Below are positions 1-9,719 of a stretch of 64,000 bases of DNA, piece after piece. The notes below the pieces were generated by a model. The model did no database searches and had not been told where the DNA came from. It saw only the letters and a list, made by a program, of their open reading frames with translations. The DNA comes from Candidatus Latescibacterota bacterium (GTDB lineage Bacteria; Latescibacterota; UBA2968; GCA-2709665), in assembly GCA_965248435.1 (NCBI GenBank), contig OZ252100.1, positions 4,704,001-4,768,000 on the forward strand, in the 5' to 3' direction. The position numbers and the translations under genes are program-made. How positions within the stretch are numbered: the stretch's first letter is position 1; each line of letters opens with the position of its first letter.

Positions 1-27
1 TTTGAAGACGAGGTTCGTGGGCGTCAT

Positions 28-1050
28 TCATCCTAGGCGGCTTCGAAGCGATTCGATCAGGTTGGGTTCGGGTTCGACGGGAAGCGAGATCACTTTGTGC
101 TGCAGGGCGCTCATGTAAAGCCCAAGGATAAGGTTGAAGTCTCTGAGTGATGTTGACAGGTTCAAGGGGTGTATCGCGTTATCATCCTCGAGCCAGTCGA
201 ACATCGCCTCGGTCATCGCCGCCTGGGAGAGGACGTCTTCCCCGTAGTACTCGTGGGCCCCTGAATCGACCCGGCCATCGCAGTTCGTTTGCCACGATGA
301 CATGGTCCAAAACACATAACCGCGGGACCCGTAGATCGCGATCCGTTTGCTGTGGCTGGGCTTTTCTTCGGAAATAAGCGGAGCGTCGGGACCGCAATGC
401 AGTTGCGCCCGAACGCCATTGTCGTAGGTGATGCCAGCCAGTGACTGGTCGGGTGCGACGTGCTGTTTGGGGTCGTCGATGAGGCCCGCTGCACCCGAGA
501 CCTGTCCGAAGACGGATAAGGGATTTCCAGAAGGGTTGAAGGCCGAAATCGACTGGAGGACGTGGGTTCCCTGATAGGCCAGATTCAGGCAGGCGCTCGC
601 GTCGATAAACCTGACCTCTCCGATCTTCCCGTCGCGGACCAGGTTCTGGAGGGCCACCCTTCGGGGGTGGAAGTGGAGCTGGTGGTTGACGGCGATTTTG
701 ACGCGTGAACGGGCTGCAAAGCTGCGGATGGCCTGATAGTCCTCACCCTGGATGGCGAGCGGTTTTTCGACGATGAGTGCGGGGATGCCGGCCTCATCCG
801 CCGCTTCGAAGATTTCGAGCCTGACGTTCGGCGGCATGTTGACGTGGACGAGGTCAGGCCGCTCCTTTTCGAAGAGTTCGCGATACGCCCTGTAGCGCGC
901 ATCGACTTCATACGAATCGCCGAAGGCATCCAGCTTGTCCTGCCGGCGGGTCGAAACGGCGACCAGCTCGCCTCGTTTGATATGTTCGTAGGCATCAGCG
1001 TGTCCTCTGGCCCGCCCGCCGCCGACGCCGATGATTGCGCACTTGTACAC
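28..1050 (-). CDS. Gfo/Idh/MocA family oxidoreductase
   Basis: N-terminal Rossmann motif (AIIGVGGGR), EKP motif (LIVEKPLA), VNHQLHF; 340 aa. Confidence 0.9.
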   Translation of the reverse strand: MYKCAIIGVGGGRARGHADAYEHIKRGELVAVSTRRQDKLDAFGDSYEVDARYRAYRELFEKERPDLVHVNMPPNVRLEIFEAADEAGIPALIVEKPLAIQGEDYQAIRSFAARSRVKIAVNHQLHFHPRRVALQNLVRDGKIGEVRFIDASACLNLAYQGTHVLQSISAFNPSGNPLSVFGQVSGAAGLIDDPKQHVAPDQSLAGITYDNGVRAQLHCGPDAPLISEEKPSHSKRIAIYGSRGYVFWTMSSWQTNCDGRVDSGAHEYYGEDVLSQAAMTEAMFDWLEDDNAIHPLNLSTSLRDFNLILGLYMSALQHKVISLPVEPEPNLIESLRSRLG

Positions 1051-1054
1051 GATC

Positions 1055-2074
1055 TTATTCCCACGGTTTCAGGATGATTTTCCCGCACTCACCAGACAGC
1101 TGGGTTTCCCACGCCTGCTGGATTTCGGCGAAGGGAAAGATGTGAGTGATAAATTTTTTCACCTTCTCACCGTTGCCTGTGATGGTCTGCATTACCCTGG
1201 GAAAATCCTTCAGACTGTAGTGCCACGAGCCCATCAGGGTCAGACCCTTCCGGATCATGTCGTCGCTGATCCTGACCGGCGTCTCCTCTCTACACTCTCC
1301 GACGAAGGCAACGATTCCCCTCGGCCGAAGGGCGTCGATGCAGAGCCGGTGTGCTGCGACCGTTCCAGAGCAATCGATCGCCTTGTCTGGCCCGAGCCCG
1401 TCCGTGAGATCACGGATCTGCTGCAGCGTAGTACCCTCGCCCGGATCCAGGACCGTCTCGGCACCCAGGTCCAAGGCCAATGAAGCGCGCCAGGGATTGG
1501 GTTCGACGCAGATGACCCTCACCCCGCGCGCACTCGCGTTGATGACGCCACCCAGTCCGACTGGACCGAGGCCGGTCAGGAGCAGGGTTTCGGACACGTT
1601 CAAACCGATTCGCTCGAATGCCCCGAAGGTCGGCCCGAGCCCGCAGCAGGCGAGCGAGGCGTGCTCATAGGAGACCCCTTCTGGAATAGCTGGCAGCAGC
1701 CAGTCCGGCTTGAGCAGGTATTGGGCCATCGTCGCGCTGCCTTCCAGGCCGCCCGTGAACGCGGCGACGTCTGTTTTGTCCTGGCAGAACATGAATTCGC
1801 CTGAAAGGCAGTAAGCGCACGTACCGCAGGAATAGTGCGGCATCACGACGACGCGGTCTCCCACCTTGACCGAACTCGGCCGAGCGACTTCGACGACCTC
1901 ACCCGCGGCCTCGTGGCCGGGCCAGCTCACCTCGGCTCCGGACTCGAACGCCTTGAATTCAGTGCACATCGGCGCTGCGTGCACTTTGACCAGGGCCCAG
2001 TCTTCTACGGGCTTTGGATCGGCTATGTCTACGAGCGCGGCCTGGCGCTTTCCCGTGACGGCTGCTTGTTTCAT
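1055..2074 (-). CDS. Zn-dependent alcohol/sugar dehydrogenase (MDR family)
   Basis: GHEAAG motif, structural Zn CGTCAYC...C, GLGPVG nucleotide-binding motif. Confidence 0.92.
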   Translation of the reverse strand: MKQAAVTGKRQAALVDIADPKPVEDWALVKVHAAPMCTEFKAFESGAEVSWPGHEAAGEVVEVARPSSVKVGDRVVVMPHYSCGTCAYCLSGEFMFCQDKTDVAAFTGGLEGSATMAQYLLKPDWLLPAIPEGVSYEHASLACCGLGPTFGAFERIGLNVSETLLLTGLGPVGLGGVINASARGVRVICVEPNPWRASLALDLGAETVLDPGEGTTLQQIRDLTDGLGPDKAIDCSGTVAAHRLCIDALRPRGIVAFVGECREETPVRISDDMIRKGLTLMGSWHYSLKDFPRVMQTITGNGEKVKKFITHIFPFAEIQQAWETQLSGECGKIILKPWE

Positions 2075-2297
2075 TCTGCAAACTCCTGACTTCGGATCGG
2101 ACTCGCAAACGATGTTTCCCTGTCAATATGTCGCAAGCGAAAGCGGACGTCAACATAGAGGTGGCGCCCTCCGTAAGGCCTCCGTGAGAGGGATACTGCC
2201 CAGATAGCTCGAATCATCCAGCAGGGCTTGTTCGGGGGCAGGTTTGACCCTATATTCGACGCTTTGAGGTTTCCGAGATGATGACAAGGGAGGATGG

Positions 2298-3083
2298 GTG
2301 ACACCGATTCAGGCCGCGATCCTCGGTCTGGTGCAGGGTTTGACCGAGTTTCTTCCGATCAGCAGCTCCGGTCACCTCGTGCTCGGGCAGAGGCTGCTGG
2401 GCATCGAGAGCGGGGACATTACGTTCGAGGTCGTCGTCCATTTTGGCACACTGCTGGCCGTGGTAACTGCTCTTCGCCAGCGCGTCCTGGATCTGGCAGT
2501 GGGGTGTCTGAGGAGGCAGCCCGATGCGTGGCGATTCGTCCTCCTCCTGGGGATCGGGACGATCCCGGCGGCGGCCTTCGGTTTGATGTTCAGGGATGCG
2601 TTAGAGGGCGTCTTCTCGAATCCGGTCGCCGTGGCTGCGCTCCTGATCGTTACGGGTGTGATCCTGTGGAGCACTCGATTCAAAAGTGGAGACCGGAAGG
2701 AGCTCTGGGTCAAGGATGTCGTCTGGATCGGTCTGTCTCAGGCCCTGGCGATCCTGCCGGGGATCTCGCGATCCGGGATCACGATCGGGACGGGGATCTG
2801 GAGGGGGATCAACGCAAGAGAGGCGGCGACCTTTTCATTTCTACTTTCGATACCGGTCATTGCAGGGGCAAATGCATTGAAGGGAGCGGAGATGATCGTG
2901 AATCCACCTTCAGCAGAAACGGTGGTCCCTCTGCTCGTCGGGATGCTGACCGCCTATGTCTCTGGTGTGGTCGCGATCAAGTGGCTGCTCGCGGTTCTTG
3001 AAAGGGGCCGGCTGGATATGTTCGCTTACTACTGCTGGACAGTGGGACTGATCGGTGTTGTGGCCTTTTCGGCACAGGGGTGA
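2298..3083 (+). CDS. uppP: undecaprenyl-diphosphate phosphatase
   Basis: QGLTEFLPISSSGHL and PGISRSGIT signature motifs, multiple TM segments. Confidence 0.96.
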   Translation: MTPIQAAILGLVQGLTEFLPISSSGHLVLGQRLLGIESGDITFEVVVHFGTLLAVVTALRQRVLDLAVGCLRRQPDAWRFVLLLGIGTIPAAAFGLMFRDALEGVFSNPVAVAALLIVTGVILWSTRFKSGDRKELWVKDVVWIGLSQALAILPGISRSGITIGTGIWRGINAREAATFSFLLSIPVIAGANALKGAEMIVNPPSAETVVPLLVGMLTAYVSGVVAIKWLLAVLERGRLDMFAYYCWTVGLIGVVAFSAQG

Positions 3084-3112
3084 GGCAAAAGGCGGTGGCA
3101 ATCAGGTTTGTG

Positions 3113-3514
3113 ATGAAATCCGGGCTTGTTCTTGGAGCGACTGTGTTGATGCAGGGATGCAGTACGAGTCCTCTCGAGCTGAACACAGATGATTTGAACA
3201 GTCTGCTTTCGATATCCAACCTCAACAAACGTTCGATCCCGGATCAGTCCGATCCTCCAGGAATCGTGGGACTCGGGGTCGAGGCGGATGTGATCAACGT
3301 GGGTCAGGTAATTATCAAAAATCCTTTTACGGTAACTTGGACTTTGCTCGCCCCGGGGGGGGATCGACTCGGATCGGCCTCGACCGAGCTGGCGGGCAAC
3401 TTTTCGCCGGGCGGAACGCGACACTTCTCTCTCACGTTGAGCTTTCCCGCGACGGCCAGCCTGGAGGGGTTTCGCGACGTCGTGACGTTCGACCTCGTCA
3501 GTCCCTCCGGGTAG
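3113..3514 (+). CDS. putative lipoprotein
   Basis: ATG at 3113 gives MKSGLVLGATVLMQGC (hydrophobic stretch + lipobox Cys); ORF track start 3080 overlaps uppP stop. Confidence 0.6.
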   Translation: MKSGLVLGATVLMQGCSTSPLELNTDDLNSLLSISNLNKRSIPDQSDPPGIVGLGVEADVINVGQVIIKNPFTVTWTLLAPGGDRLGSASTELAGNFSPGGTRHFSLTLSFPATASLEGFRDVVTFDLVSPSG

Positions 3515-3534
3515 AACGATGAAGGAAAGGGTCT

Positions 3535-4239
3535 ATGCAGCTATATATCATCCGCCACGGTGAGTCGGCCAACAACGCGCTGAGCGCCGCGGAGGCGGCC
3601 AATCGTGTTTGCGATCCGCCGCTCACCGAAAGAGGCGAAGCCCAGGCAAGGAAACTTGCAGATCATCTTGCAGAGATGGATGTGTCGCCCGCCTCGCCCG
3701 GATCTTTCGACCGCCAGAACCGGTACGGCTACCGATTCACCAGGGTCTTCTGCAGTCCGATGCTCAGGGCGCTGAGGACGACCACACCGATCGCCGGGGC
3801 CCTTGAAATGCGTCCTGAAGTGTGGGTCGACACCCACGAGCAGGGGGGGATCTGGCTAGAGGGAAGCCCCGATCTTCCCGGACTCAGCCGGAGCGAGATG
3901 GAGCGCCGCTTTCCAGACTTTGTGATTCCGGACGGCGTGAAAGAGACGGGCTGGTGGAACCGTCCCCAGGAGTCCGAATCGGAATGGGTAGCCCGATCGG
4001 CGAGGGTCGCGAGAGAGGTCAAGGATCGTTTCGCATCGACGGACGAACGGATCGCCATCGTCTCCCACGGGGGGTTCGGCAACTGCCTGCTTCACTCCCT
4101 CGTGAACAGTGTGCCTGGTTCGGACACCTACTTCAGCCATCAGAATACGGCGATCAGCAGGGTCGATTTCGAAGAGGATCGGGTGAACGTCTGCTATCTG
4201 AATCGGGTGGATCACCTGCCGACGGAGCTCGTTACGTGA
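3535..4239 (+). CDS. histidine phosphatase family protein
   Basis: IRHGES, SPMLRA and VSHGG motifs. Confidence 0.92.
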   Translation: MQLYIIRHGESANNALSAAEAANRVCDPPLTERGEAQARKLADHLAEMDVSPASPGSFDRQNRYGYRFTRVFCSPMLRALRTTTPIAGALEMRPEVWVDTHEQGGIWLEGSPDLPGLSRSEMERRFPDFVIPDGVKETGWWNRPQESESEWVARSARVAREVKDRFASTDERIAIVSHGGFGNCLLHSLVNSVPGSDTYFSHQNTAISRVDFEEDRVNVCYLNRVDHLPTELVT

Positions 4240-4255
4240 TGAAAAAGAAAGCTAT

Positions 4256-4340
4256 TCAGGACCGAAGACCGCAGACGGCAGACGGCGGGGTAGATTGCAC
4301 TGGACTCTCAGTGTTTGGGCGGTCCGCGGTCCGTGGTCGT
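4256..4340. repeat. intergenic 7-nt-period repeats in inverted arrangement
   Basis: AGACCGC AGACGGC AGACGGC ... GGCGGTC CGCGGTC CGTGGTC; similar arrangement at 7264-7346. Confidence 0.7.
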
Positions 4341-4369
4341 GCATCGCTGCTTTTGCGGAGAAGACAGAC

Positions 4370-5635
4370 GTGAAAAATCTAGGCCTCGTCTTCCTGGCTC
4401 TGCTGATGACAATTTCTAGTCCTTTCGTGGCCATGGGACTGCCTGACGACCGCGAGTTGAGGGAAGATGATCTTGGGACCGCCGAGGAGGCTCAGCGCCT
4501 AAACAACGAGGGGGCCCAGCTGGCCAAACAGGGCGGTTTTCTTGAAGCGATCCAATCTTTCCAGGGTGCCATTCGCCTGATGCCTGATTTCGCACCGGCC
4601 TACTACAATCTCGGTCTCGCACAAAGGAATCTCAATGATTTCGGAAAGGCCAGGGCCGCCTTTCAGAGCGCGGTCGAATTCGCGCCCGACTACGGCGAAG
4701 CGTGGTACCAACTCGGGCGTGTTTACGAGGTGGAGGAGCGGTTCGAAGAGGCGGCTCGACATTTCGAGAAGGCGCTGGAGGTTTCGCTGGAAGGCCCGGA
4801 CCTCCGCTACCACCTGGGAATCGTCTCCTCGAGATTGAAGAACTGGGCTGATGTCGTCGAGCACTGGGAAGTTCTGCTCCAGGCGTATCCGGAACATCCC
4901 GGGGTCCCCGATATACAAGAAGCTCTTCCTCGTGCTTTCTACAACCTGGGGACCACACGCCAGCAAACGGGTCAACTCGAAACGGCGGTTGCGGCATTCG
5001 AAAAGGCGATCTGGCTCCGGCCGGATTACGTCAAGGTCCACTATAACCTGGGCCTCGCCTATCGGGACATGAATCGGCTTCCAGAGGCCCGCGCCGCGCT
5101 GAACGCAGCACTCGATCACGGGCCGGACAGTCCTAAGATCCTCAGTGCCCTGGGGATCGTTTTCATGCGTCAGGACAGTCTGCGGCGGGCAGAGGAACTG
5201 TTTCGAAGCGCCCTGGGCGTGGATCAGGATTTCGTTGAGGCGAATTACAATTTGACGGAGGTCTACCTCAGACAGGGACAGGTGGAACGGGCCCTTGATG
5301 AGGTCCGCGGGATCGTCAAGCGAACACCGAGCAACCCCAAAGCCTATGCCTTCCTCGCTTACGTCTACGAACACGGCGTTGAGGGCAAGAGGTATGGGAA
5401 AGACTATCGGGCGGCGGACGCCATCAAGACCTACCAGTTTGCGCTGCTTCTAACCCCGAACGCCCCGCTGCTTCACTACAATCTCGGAGTCATTCATGGA
5501 AGATTGGGTGACTGGGATCAAGCGCTTCGGGCGTTCCGCCGATGCCTCGCCATCGATTCCACCCACGCAGAAGCGAAGCGCTGGCTTCCTCTGGTAGAGG
5601 CGAGACTCGTGTTGGAACAGGACGTGGAACCATAA
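4370..5635 (+). CDS. secreted tetratricopeptide repeat protein
   Basis: Signal-peptide-like N-terminus from GTG 4370 (GGAG upstream); repeated YNLG/HLG TPR units. Confidence 0.88.
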   Translation: MKNLGLVFLALLMTISSPFVAMGLPDDRELREDDLGTAEEAQRLNNEGAQLAKQGGFLEAIQSFQGAIRLMPDFAPAYYNLGLAQRNLNDFGKARAAFQSAVEFAPDYGEAWYQLGRVYEVEERFEEAARHFEKALEVSLEGPDLRYHLGIVSSRLKNWADVVEHWEVLLQAYPEHPGVPDIQEALPRAFYNLGTTRQQTGQLETAVAAFEKAIWLRPDYVKVHYNLGLAYRDMNRLPEARAALNAALDHGPDSPKILSALGIVFMRQDSLRRAEELFRSALGVDQDFVEANYNLTEVYLRQGQVERALDEVRGIVKRTPSNPKAYAFLAYVYEHGVEGKRYGKDYRAADAIKTYQFALLLTPNAPLLHYNLGVIHGRLGDWDQALRAFRRCLAIDSTHAEAKRWLPLVEARLVLEQDVEP

Positions 5636-5640
5636 AGACC

Positions 5641-5728
5641 AGGTACCGGGAATTCGAAACACGGGTACCGGGTACCGTCAAAATGAACGGGTTACCCAAT
5701 TGCGGATTGTGGATTGGGGATTGCGGAA
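5641..5728. repeat. composite intergenic repeat (GGGTACC module + GGATTGN heptamers)
   Basis: GGTACCGGGA..AAACACGGGTACCGGGTACCGT (also 8431, 14645, 23884) then CAATTGCGGATTGTGGATTGGGGATTGCGGA (also 10661). Confidence 0.8.
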
Positions 5729-5755
5729 GGGGTTCCCGCGAAGCGGACCACGGCT

Positions 5756-6736
5756 ATGCCCAATCCCAGAATAATTCTGTCGGGTTTTGCCGACGAGGGG
5801 CCGAAGAGCAAGCGCGCCGAAGAGCAGTTCATTATGATGCGCAGCCTCGGCCTCTCTCATTACACGATTCGGTTCATCGACGTCGGCAGCGGGGTGAAGA
5901 ACGTCCTGGATCTGACTGACGGAGAACTGGAACGTCTCCGCTCGTTGCAGGCCTCCTACGGGATTTCGGTGTCGAGTATCGGCTCTCCGATCGGGAAGGT
6001 GAAGCTGCTGGATGAAGAGGATGGGACCCAGAATCGATACGTGGATTTTGACACTTACCTGAACGATGATCTCCAGCGAACTATCGATCTGGCACACGCA
6101 CTCGATACGAAACTGATTCGAGGGTTTAGCTACTACCCACCACGGGGTGACGACCCCTGGAAGCACCTCGACAAAGCGGCGGAGCAGCTCGCGCGGATCG
6201 TGGAGCGCTGCGCAGGCTCTGGGCTTGTGTATGGCCTCGAAGTGGAGCTGGACCTGGTGGGGCGGGATGGGGATACGTTGATCGCGCTCTACGAGAAGGT
6301 GGGCAGCCCGAACATGTGCCTTATTCCGGATATTGGAAACCTGATCGCGATGGGGCATTCGTCCGACAGCGCATATGGACAGTACATGAAGATGAAGCCA
6401 GGTATCGGCTGGATCCATATCAAAGGGGCGACGGGCGAAATATCTGCGGACAGGGCGCACACTCGACATCTTCCCGTAGACGTTGGAGACGCCGCCCATG
6501 AACCTATCCTTCGTGATTTCAGGACGCTGGTCCCAGAGATCGAGGCACGGCTCATGGCATTCGGGGTCCCGGGCGTCTTCGTGGACCTCGAGCCACACGT
6601 GAAGGGAGGCGGACAGTTCGGAGGCGTGAGCGGTGTGGATGGATTTGGCGTGGCCTTCAGGGCGTTTTGTAGACTGTTGGATCATCTCGAATTCGATTAT
6701 CACTTAACGCAGCACGAGGACCTTGTAGATGGATGA
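5756..6736 (+). CDS. sugar phosphate isomerase/epimerase family TIM-barrel protein
   Basis: SGFADE, IGSPIGK, IRGFSYY, D-x-GN, HIKG and LEPH motifs; ATG 5756 preferred. Confidence 0.85.
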   Translation: MPNPRIILSGFADEGPKSKRAEEQFIMMRSLGLSHYTIRFIDVGSGVKNVLDLTDGELERLRSLQASYGISVSSIGSPIGKVKLLDEEDGTQNRYVDFDTYLNDDLQRTIDLAHALDTKLIRGFSYYPPRGDDPWKHLDKAAEQLARIVERCAGSGLVYGLEVELDLVGRDGDTLIALYEKVGSPNMCLIPDIGNLIAMGHSSDSAYGQYMKMKPGIGWIHIKGATGEISADRAHTRHLPVDVGDAAHEPILRDFRTLVPEIEARLMAFGVPGVFVDLEPHVKGGGQFGGVSGVDGFGVAFRAFCRLLDHLEFDYHLTQHEDLVDG

Positions 6737-6783
6737 GGGTCGTCTGATCCGATGACAACTGCCGACAAGACGCTCCAGATCGG

Positions 6784-7260
6784 GTGGTGAATCGGGTCAG
6801 GTGTGATATCGCTGTCGTGAAGATTATGCCAGAAGCAAGCTTTAAGCGTATCTTACTGCCCACGGCAGGAGGGCCCCACTCCGAGTTCGCCTCAGAGCTG
6901 CTTGGACCGATTGTCGAGGCGCAGGAGGCCGAGGTGACCGCCTGCTATGTCGTCCCGGAAGATGCAGGCGAAGACGTGGAAAGAGAGGCACACAGCTGGA
7001 TTCGACGCGCCCTCCGTCACGCGAATCTGGGCAGCGTGGAGCACCTGATCATCCGGTCCGGCTCCGTTCCGGCGGGGATTTCAAGGGCAGGATCCGACTA
7101 TGATCTGGTGGTGATGGGGGCTGCTCAGACCGGCCTTTTCAAGGAGCTGCTGTTCGGCGAGATTCCAGACCGGGTCGGGCGCTACACGCAGACTTCGGTC
7201 ATGCTTGTGAAACGCCGAGAGGGCCCTGCCAAGGCCTGGCTGCGCAGGATGTTTAGTTGA
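6784..7260 (+). CDS. universal stress protein domain protein (possibly 5'-truncated or frameshifted)
   Basis: RILLPTAGGPHS and DLVVMGA...LFGEIPDRV USP motifs; begins with what looks like the tail of a preceding USP domain (VVNRVRCDIAVVK). Confidence 0.7.
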   Translation: MVNRVRCDIAVVKIMPEASFKRILLPTAGGPHSEFASELLGPIVEAQEAEVTACYVVPEDAGEDVEREAHSWIRRALRHANLGSVEHLIIRSGSVPAGISRAGSDYDLVVMGAAQTGLFKELLFGEIPDRVGRYTQTSVMLVKRREGPAKAWLRRMFS

Positions 7261-7263
7261 AAG

Positions 7264-7346
7264 GCGGACCCGCGGACAACGGACCGCCGACGGCCCAAGT
7301 CACGAGTAATCGCCATAGTTATACGGCGGTCTGCCGTCCGCCGTCG
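7264..7346. repeat. intergenic 7-nt-period inverted repeat
   Basis: GCGGACCCGCGGACAACGGACCGCCGACGGC ... GGCGGTCTGCCGTCCGCCGTC. Confidence 0.65.
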
Positions 7347-7376
7347 TACATAGCTTCTCTTAGTGGATGAGGGCTT

Positions 7377-8419
7377 ATGTCTGACAGGATCCGAATAGGG
7401 ATCATCGGAGCGGGCGGGATCTTCCGCAGAAAGCACCTTCCCGGGCTGGCGAAGATCGACGATGCAGAGGTCGTGGCGATCTGCAATCGAAGCGAGGAGA
7501 GCGGCCGTAAGATCGCCAGCGAGTTTGGACTGTCTGCCGAGATCATGGCCGATCCACACGCGTTGATCGCGCGGCAGGACGTTGACGCGGTGATGATCGG
7601 GACGTGGCCCTACAAGCATTGCGAGTTCGTGCTGGAGGCCCTGGACGCTGGCAAACACACGTTCACGCAGGCGCGGATGGCGATGGACCTCCGGGAGGCG
7701 AAGGCGATGTACGCCAGGGCAGAAGAGTCCGGCCTGGCGACACAGATCTGCCCCTCCCCGCTCGGCATTAAGGGTGACTCAACTCTGAGGCGATTGATTC
7801 GTGAGGGTTATCTAGGCAAGGTCTTCAACATCAACTACCGATCCCTGGACGATGACCTTTGTGATCCCGAAACGCCCCTGCACTGGCGTCAGGTGGCACG
7901 GTACTCAGGACTGAATGTGCTGGCGATGGGTATGCGGATGGAATGGGTGCACCGCTGGTTCGGCTACGCGAAGACGGTCACCGCGCAGGCGGAGACGTTT
8001 GTGAAGGAGCGACCGCTGGCGGAGGTAAAGGAGTGGGTCCGGTCGAGCGACCCGACACGGTGAACGTGCTGTGTGAGATGGAGAATGGGGCCTCAGCCGC
8101 GTTCCTCTTTTCCAGCGTTGCGCGGTTTCGAGGCGAGCAGCGCGTCGAGGCCTACGGGAGCGACGGGACTTTGATCTACGATATGATCCCACCGACGCTC
8201 TGGGGTGGGCGTCCGGGCGATAAGGGATTGTCCGAGATCCCCATCCCCGAGGAGGATGTCAGGACGTGGCGGGTGGAGCAGGATTTCATCGACGCGATCG
8301 GAACCGGGAGGCCCGTCGAATCCACCTTCTACGAAGGCCTGAAGTACATGGAGTTTACCGAGGCGGTGTTTCGGTCCGTGGAGACGGGCGGGACGGTGAG
8401 GTTGCCGCTGGTGGATTAA
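7377..8419 (+). pseudogene. Gfo/Idh/MocA oxidoreductase, frameshifted near 8020 (likely assembly error)
   Basis: ORFs 7377-8063 and 7943-8419 together align end-to-end with the paralog at 8540-9595; adding one G at CTGGCGGAGGT restores the frame. Confidence 0.85.
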
Positions 8420-8430
8420 GATGGAATGCA

Positions 8431-8475
8431 AAACACGGGTACCGGGAACGCAAAACACGGGTACCGGGTACCGTA
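8431..8475. repeat. GGGTACC-module repeat, short form
   Basis: AAACACGGGTACCGGGAACGCAAAACACGGGTACCGGGTACCGT. Confidence 0.8.
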
Positions 8476-8539
8476 AAACCGTCGTTCGTCTCTGTACCTC
8501 GAAAATTGAATGTTGAACCAGTAATATAGGAGCGATCGA

Positions 8540-9595
8540 ATGGCTGACAAGATTCGAATCGGGATTATCGGAGCGGGCGGGATCTTCAGGAACCAGCATT
8601 TCCCCGGGCTCGCCGGGATCGAGGATGCCGAGGTGGCTGCGATCTGCAATCGGAGCGAGGAAAGCGCGCGGAAGATCGCCGGAGAGTTCGGGCTGAATCC
8701 GGAGATCATGTCCGATCCCCACGCGCTGATCGCTCGGAAGGACATCGATGCCGTGATGATCGGGACGTGGCCCTACAGACACTGCTCGTTCGTGCTGGAG
8801 TCGCTCGATGCTGGGAAGCCGACGTTCGTACAGGCCCGAATGGCGATGAACCTCAGAGAAGCGAAGGCGATGTATGCGAAAGCGCAGGAGACAGGCCTCC
8901 CCACACAGATCTGCCCGTCTCCCTTCACGATGAAGGGCGACCAGTTTATGAAGCGATTGATCGACGAAGGGTATCTGGGTCAGGTCTACAACATCAATGT
9001 GCGTTCACTTCTGGACAACGCCTGCGACCCCGATGCGCCGCTGCACTGGCGCCACGTCGAACGTTACTCCGGACTGAACGCCCTGTATCTGGGAATCCTT
9101 GTCGAGTCCGTGCACCGGTGGTTCGGGTATGCGAAGCGCGTCTCGGCGCAGGCGGAGACGTTCATCAAGACGCGGCCGTTCGCGGGCGGTGAAGGGAGTG
9201 GGCCCGTGGAGCGCCCCGATACGGTCAACGTCCTGGCTGAAATGGAAAGCGGGGCGACGGCGACGCTCCTGTTTTCCGGAGTGGCGCGGTTTGGCGGGGA
9301 CGAAAATCGGGTCGAGGCCTATGGGAGCGAAGGGACGCTGATTTATAATGTCAGCGGCCAGGTCGACGGCCAATCGGTGCTGGGCGCGAAGAAGGGAGAT
9401 GACGGCCTGGCCGAGATGCCGATTCCAGAGGGCGAGGTTCAGGGGTGGACCGTCGAGCAGAACTTCATCGACCTGATCCGGACGGGGAAGCCGGCGGCGT
9501 CGACCTTCTACGAGGGTGTAAAGTATATGGAGTTTACAGAGGCCGTGTTTCGGTCCGTCGAGTCTGGAAGGGCCGTTAACCTGCCGCTGGTTTGA
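8540..9595 (+). CDS. Gfo/Idh/MocA family oxidoreductase
   Basis: IGIIGAGGI Rossmann motif; QARMA in place of EKP; tandem paralog of 7377-8419. Confidence 0.9.
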   Translation: MADKIRIGIIGAGGIFRNQHFPGLAGIEDAEVAAICNRSEESARKIAGEFGLNPEIMSDPHALIARKDIDAVMIGTWPYRHCSFVLESLDAGKPTFVQARMAMNLREAKAMYAKAQETGLPTQICPSPFTMKGDQFMKRLIDEGYLGQVYNINVRSLLDNACDPDAPLHWRHVERYSGLNALYLGILVESVHRWFGYAKRVSAQAETFIKTRPFAGGEGSGPVERPDTVNVLAEMESGATATLLFSGVARFGGDENRVEAYGSEGTLIYNVSGQVDGQSVLGAKKGDDGLAEMPIPEGEVQGWTVEQNFIDLIRTGKPAASTFYEGVKYMEFTEAVFRSVESGRAVNLPLV

Positions 9596-9647
9596 CACAC
9601 GTTAATCGTGGATCGTAAACGACATCACCGCAGAATCCCATGTCATG

Positions 9648-9694
9648 TTGAGACGCCCCGGTGCGGCGTCTCAATCCCCGACGGGACGTCTCAA
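9648..9694. repeat. REP-like palindrome plus partial second copy
   Basis: TTGAGACGCC-N7-GGCGTCTCAA followed by CCCCGACGGGACGTCTCAA. Confidence 0.65.
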
Positions 9695-9719
9695 TCATTA
9701 ACGGGATAGGAGGAAATCC

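Noticed and set aside
8015-8030. Programmed frameshift or true pseudogene in the Gfo/Idh/MocA gene
   Set aside because: One missing G in a short G run, with a similar case near 26979 and another single-base shift near 30540; no slippery heptamer. Most simply a long-read indel; needs a read check.
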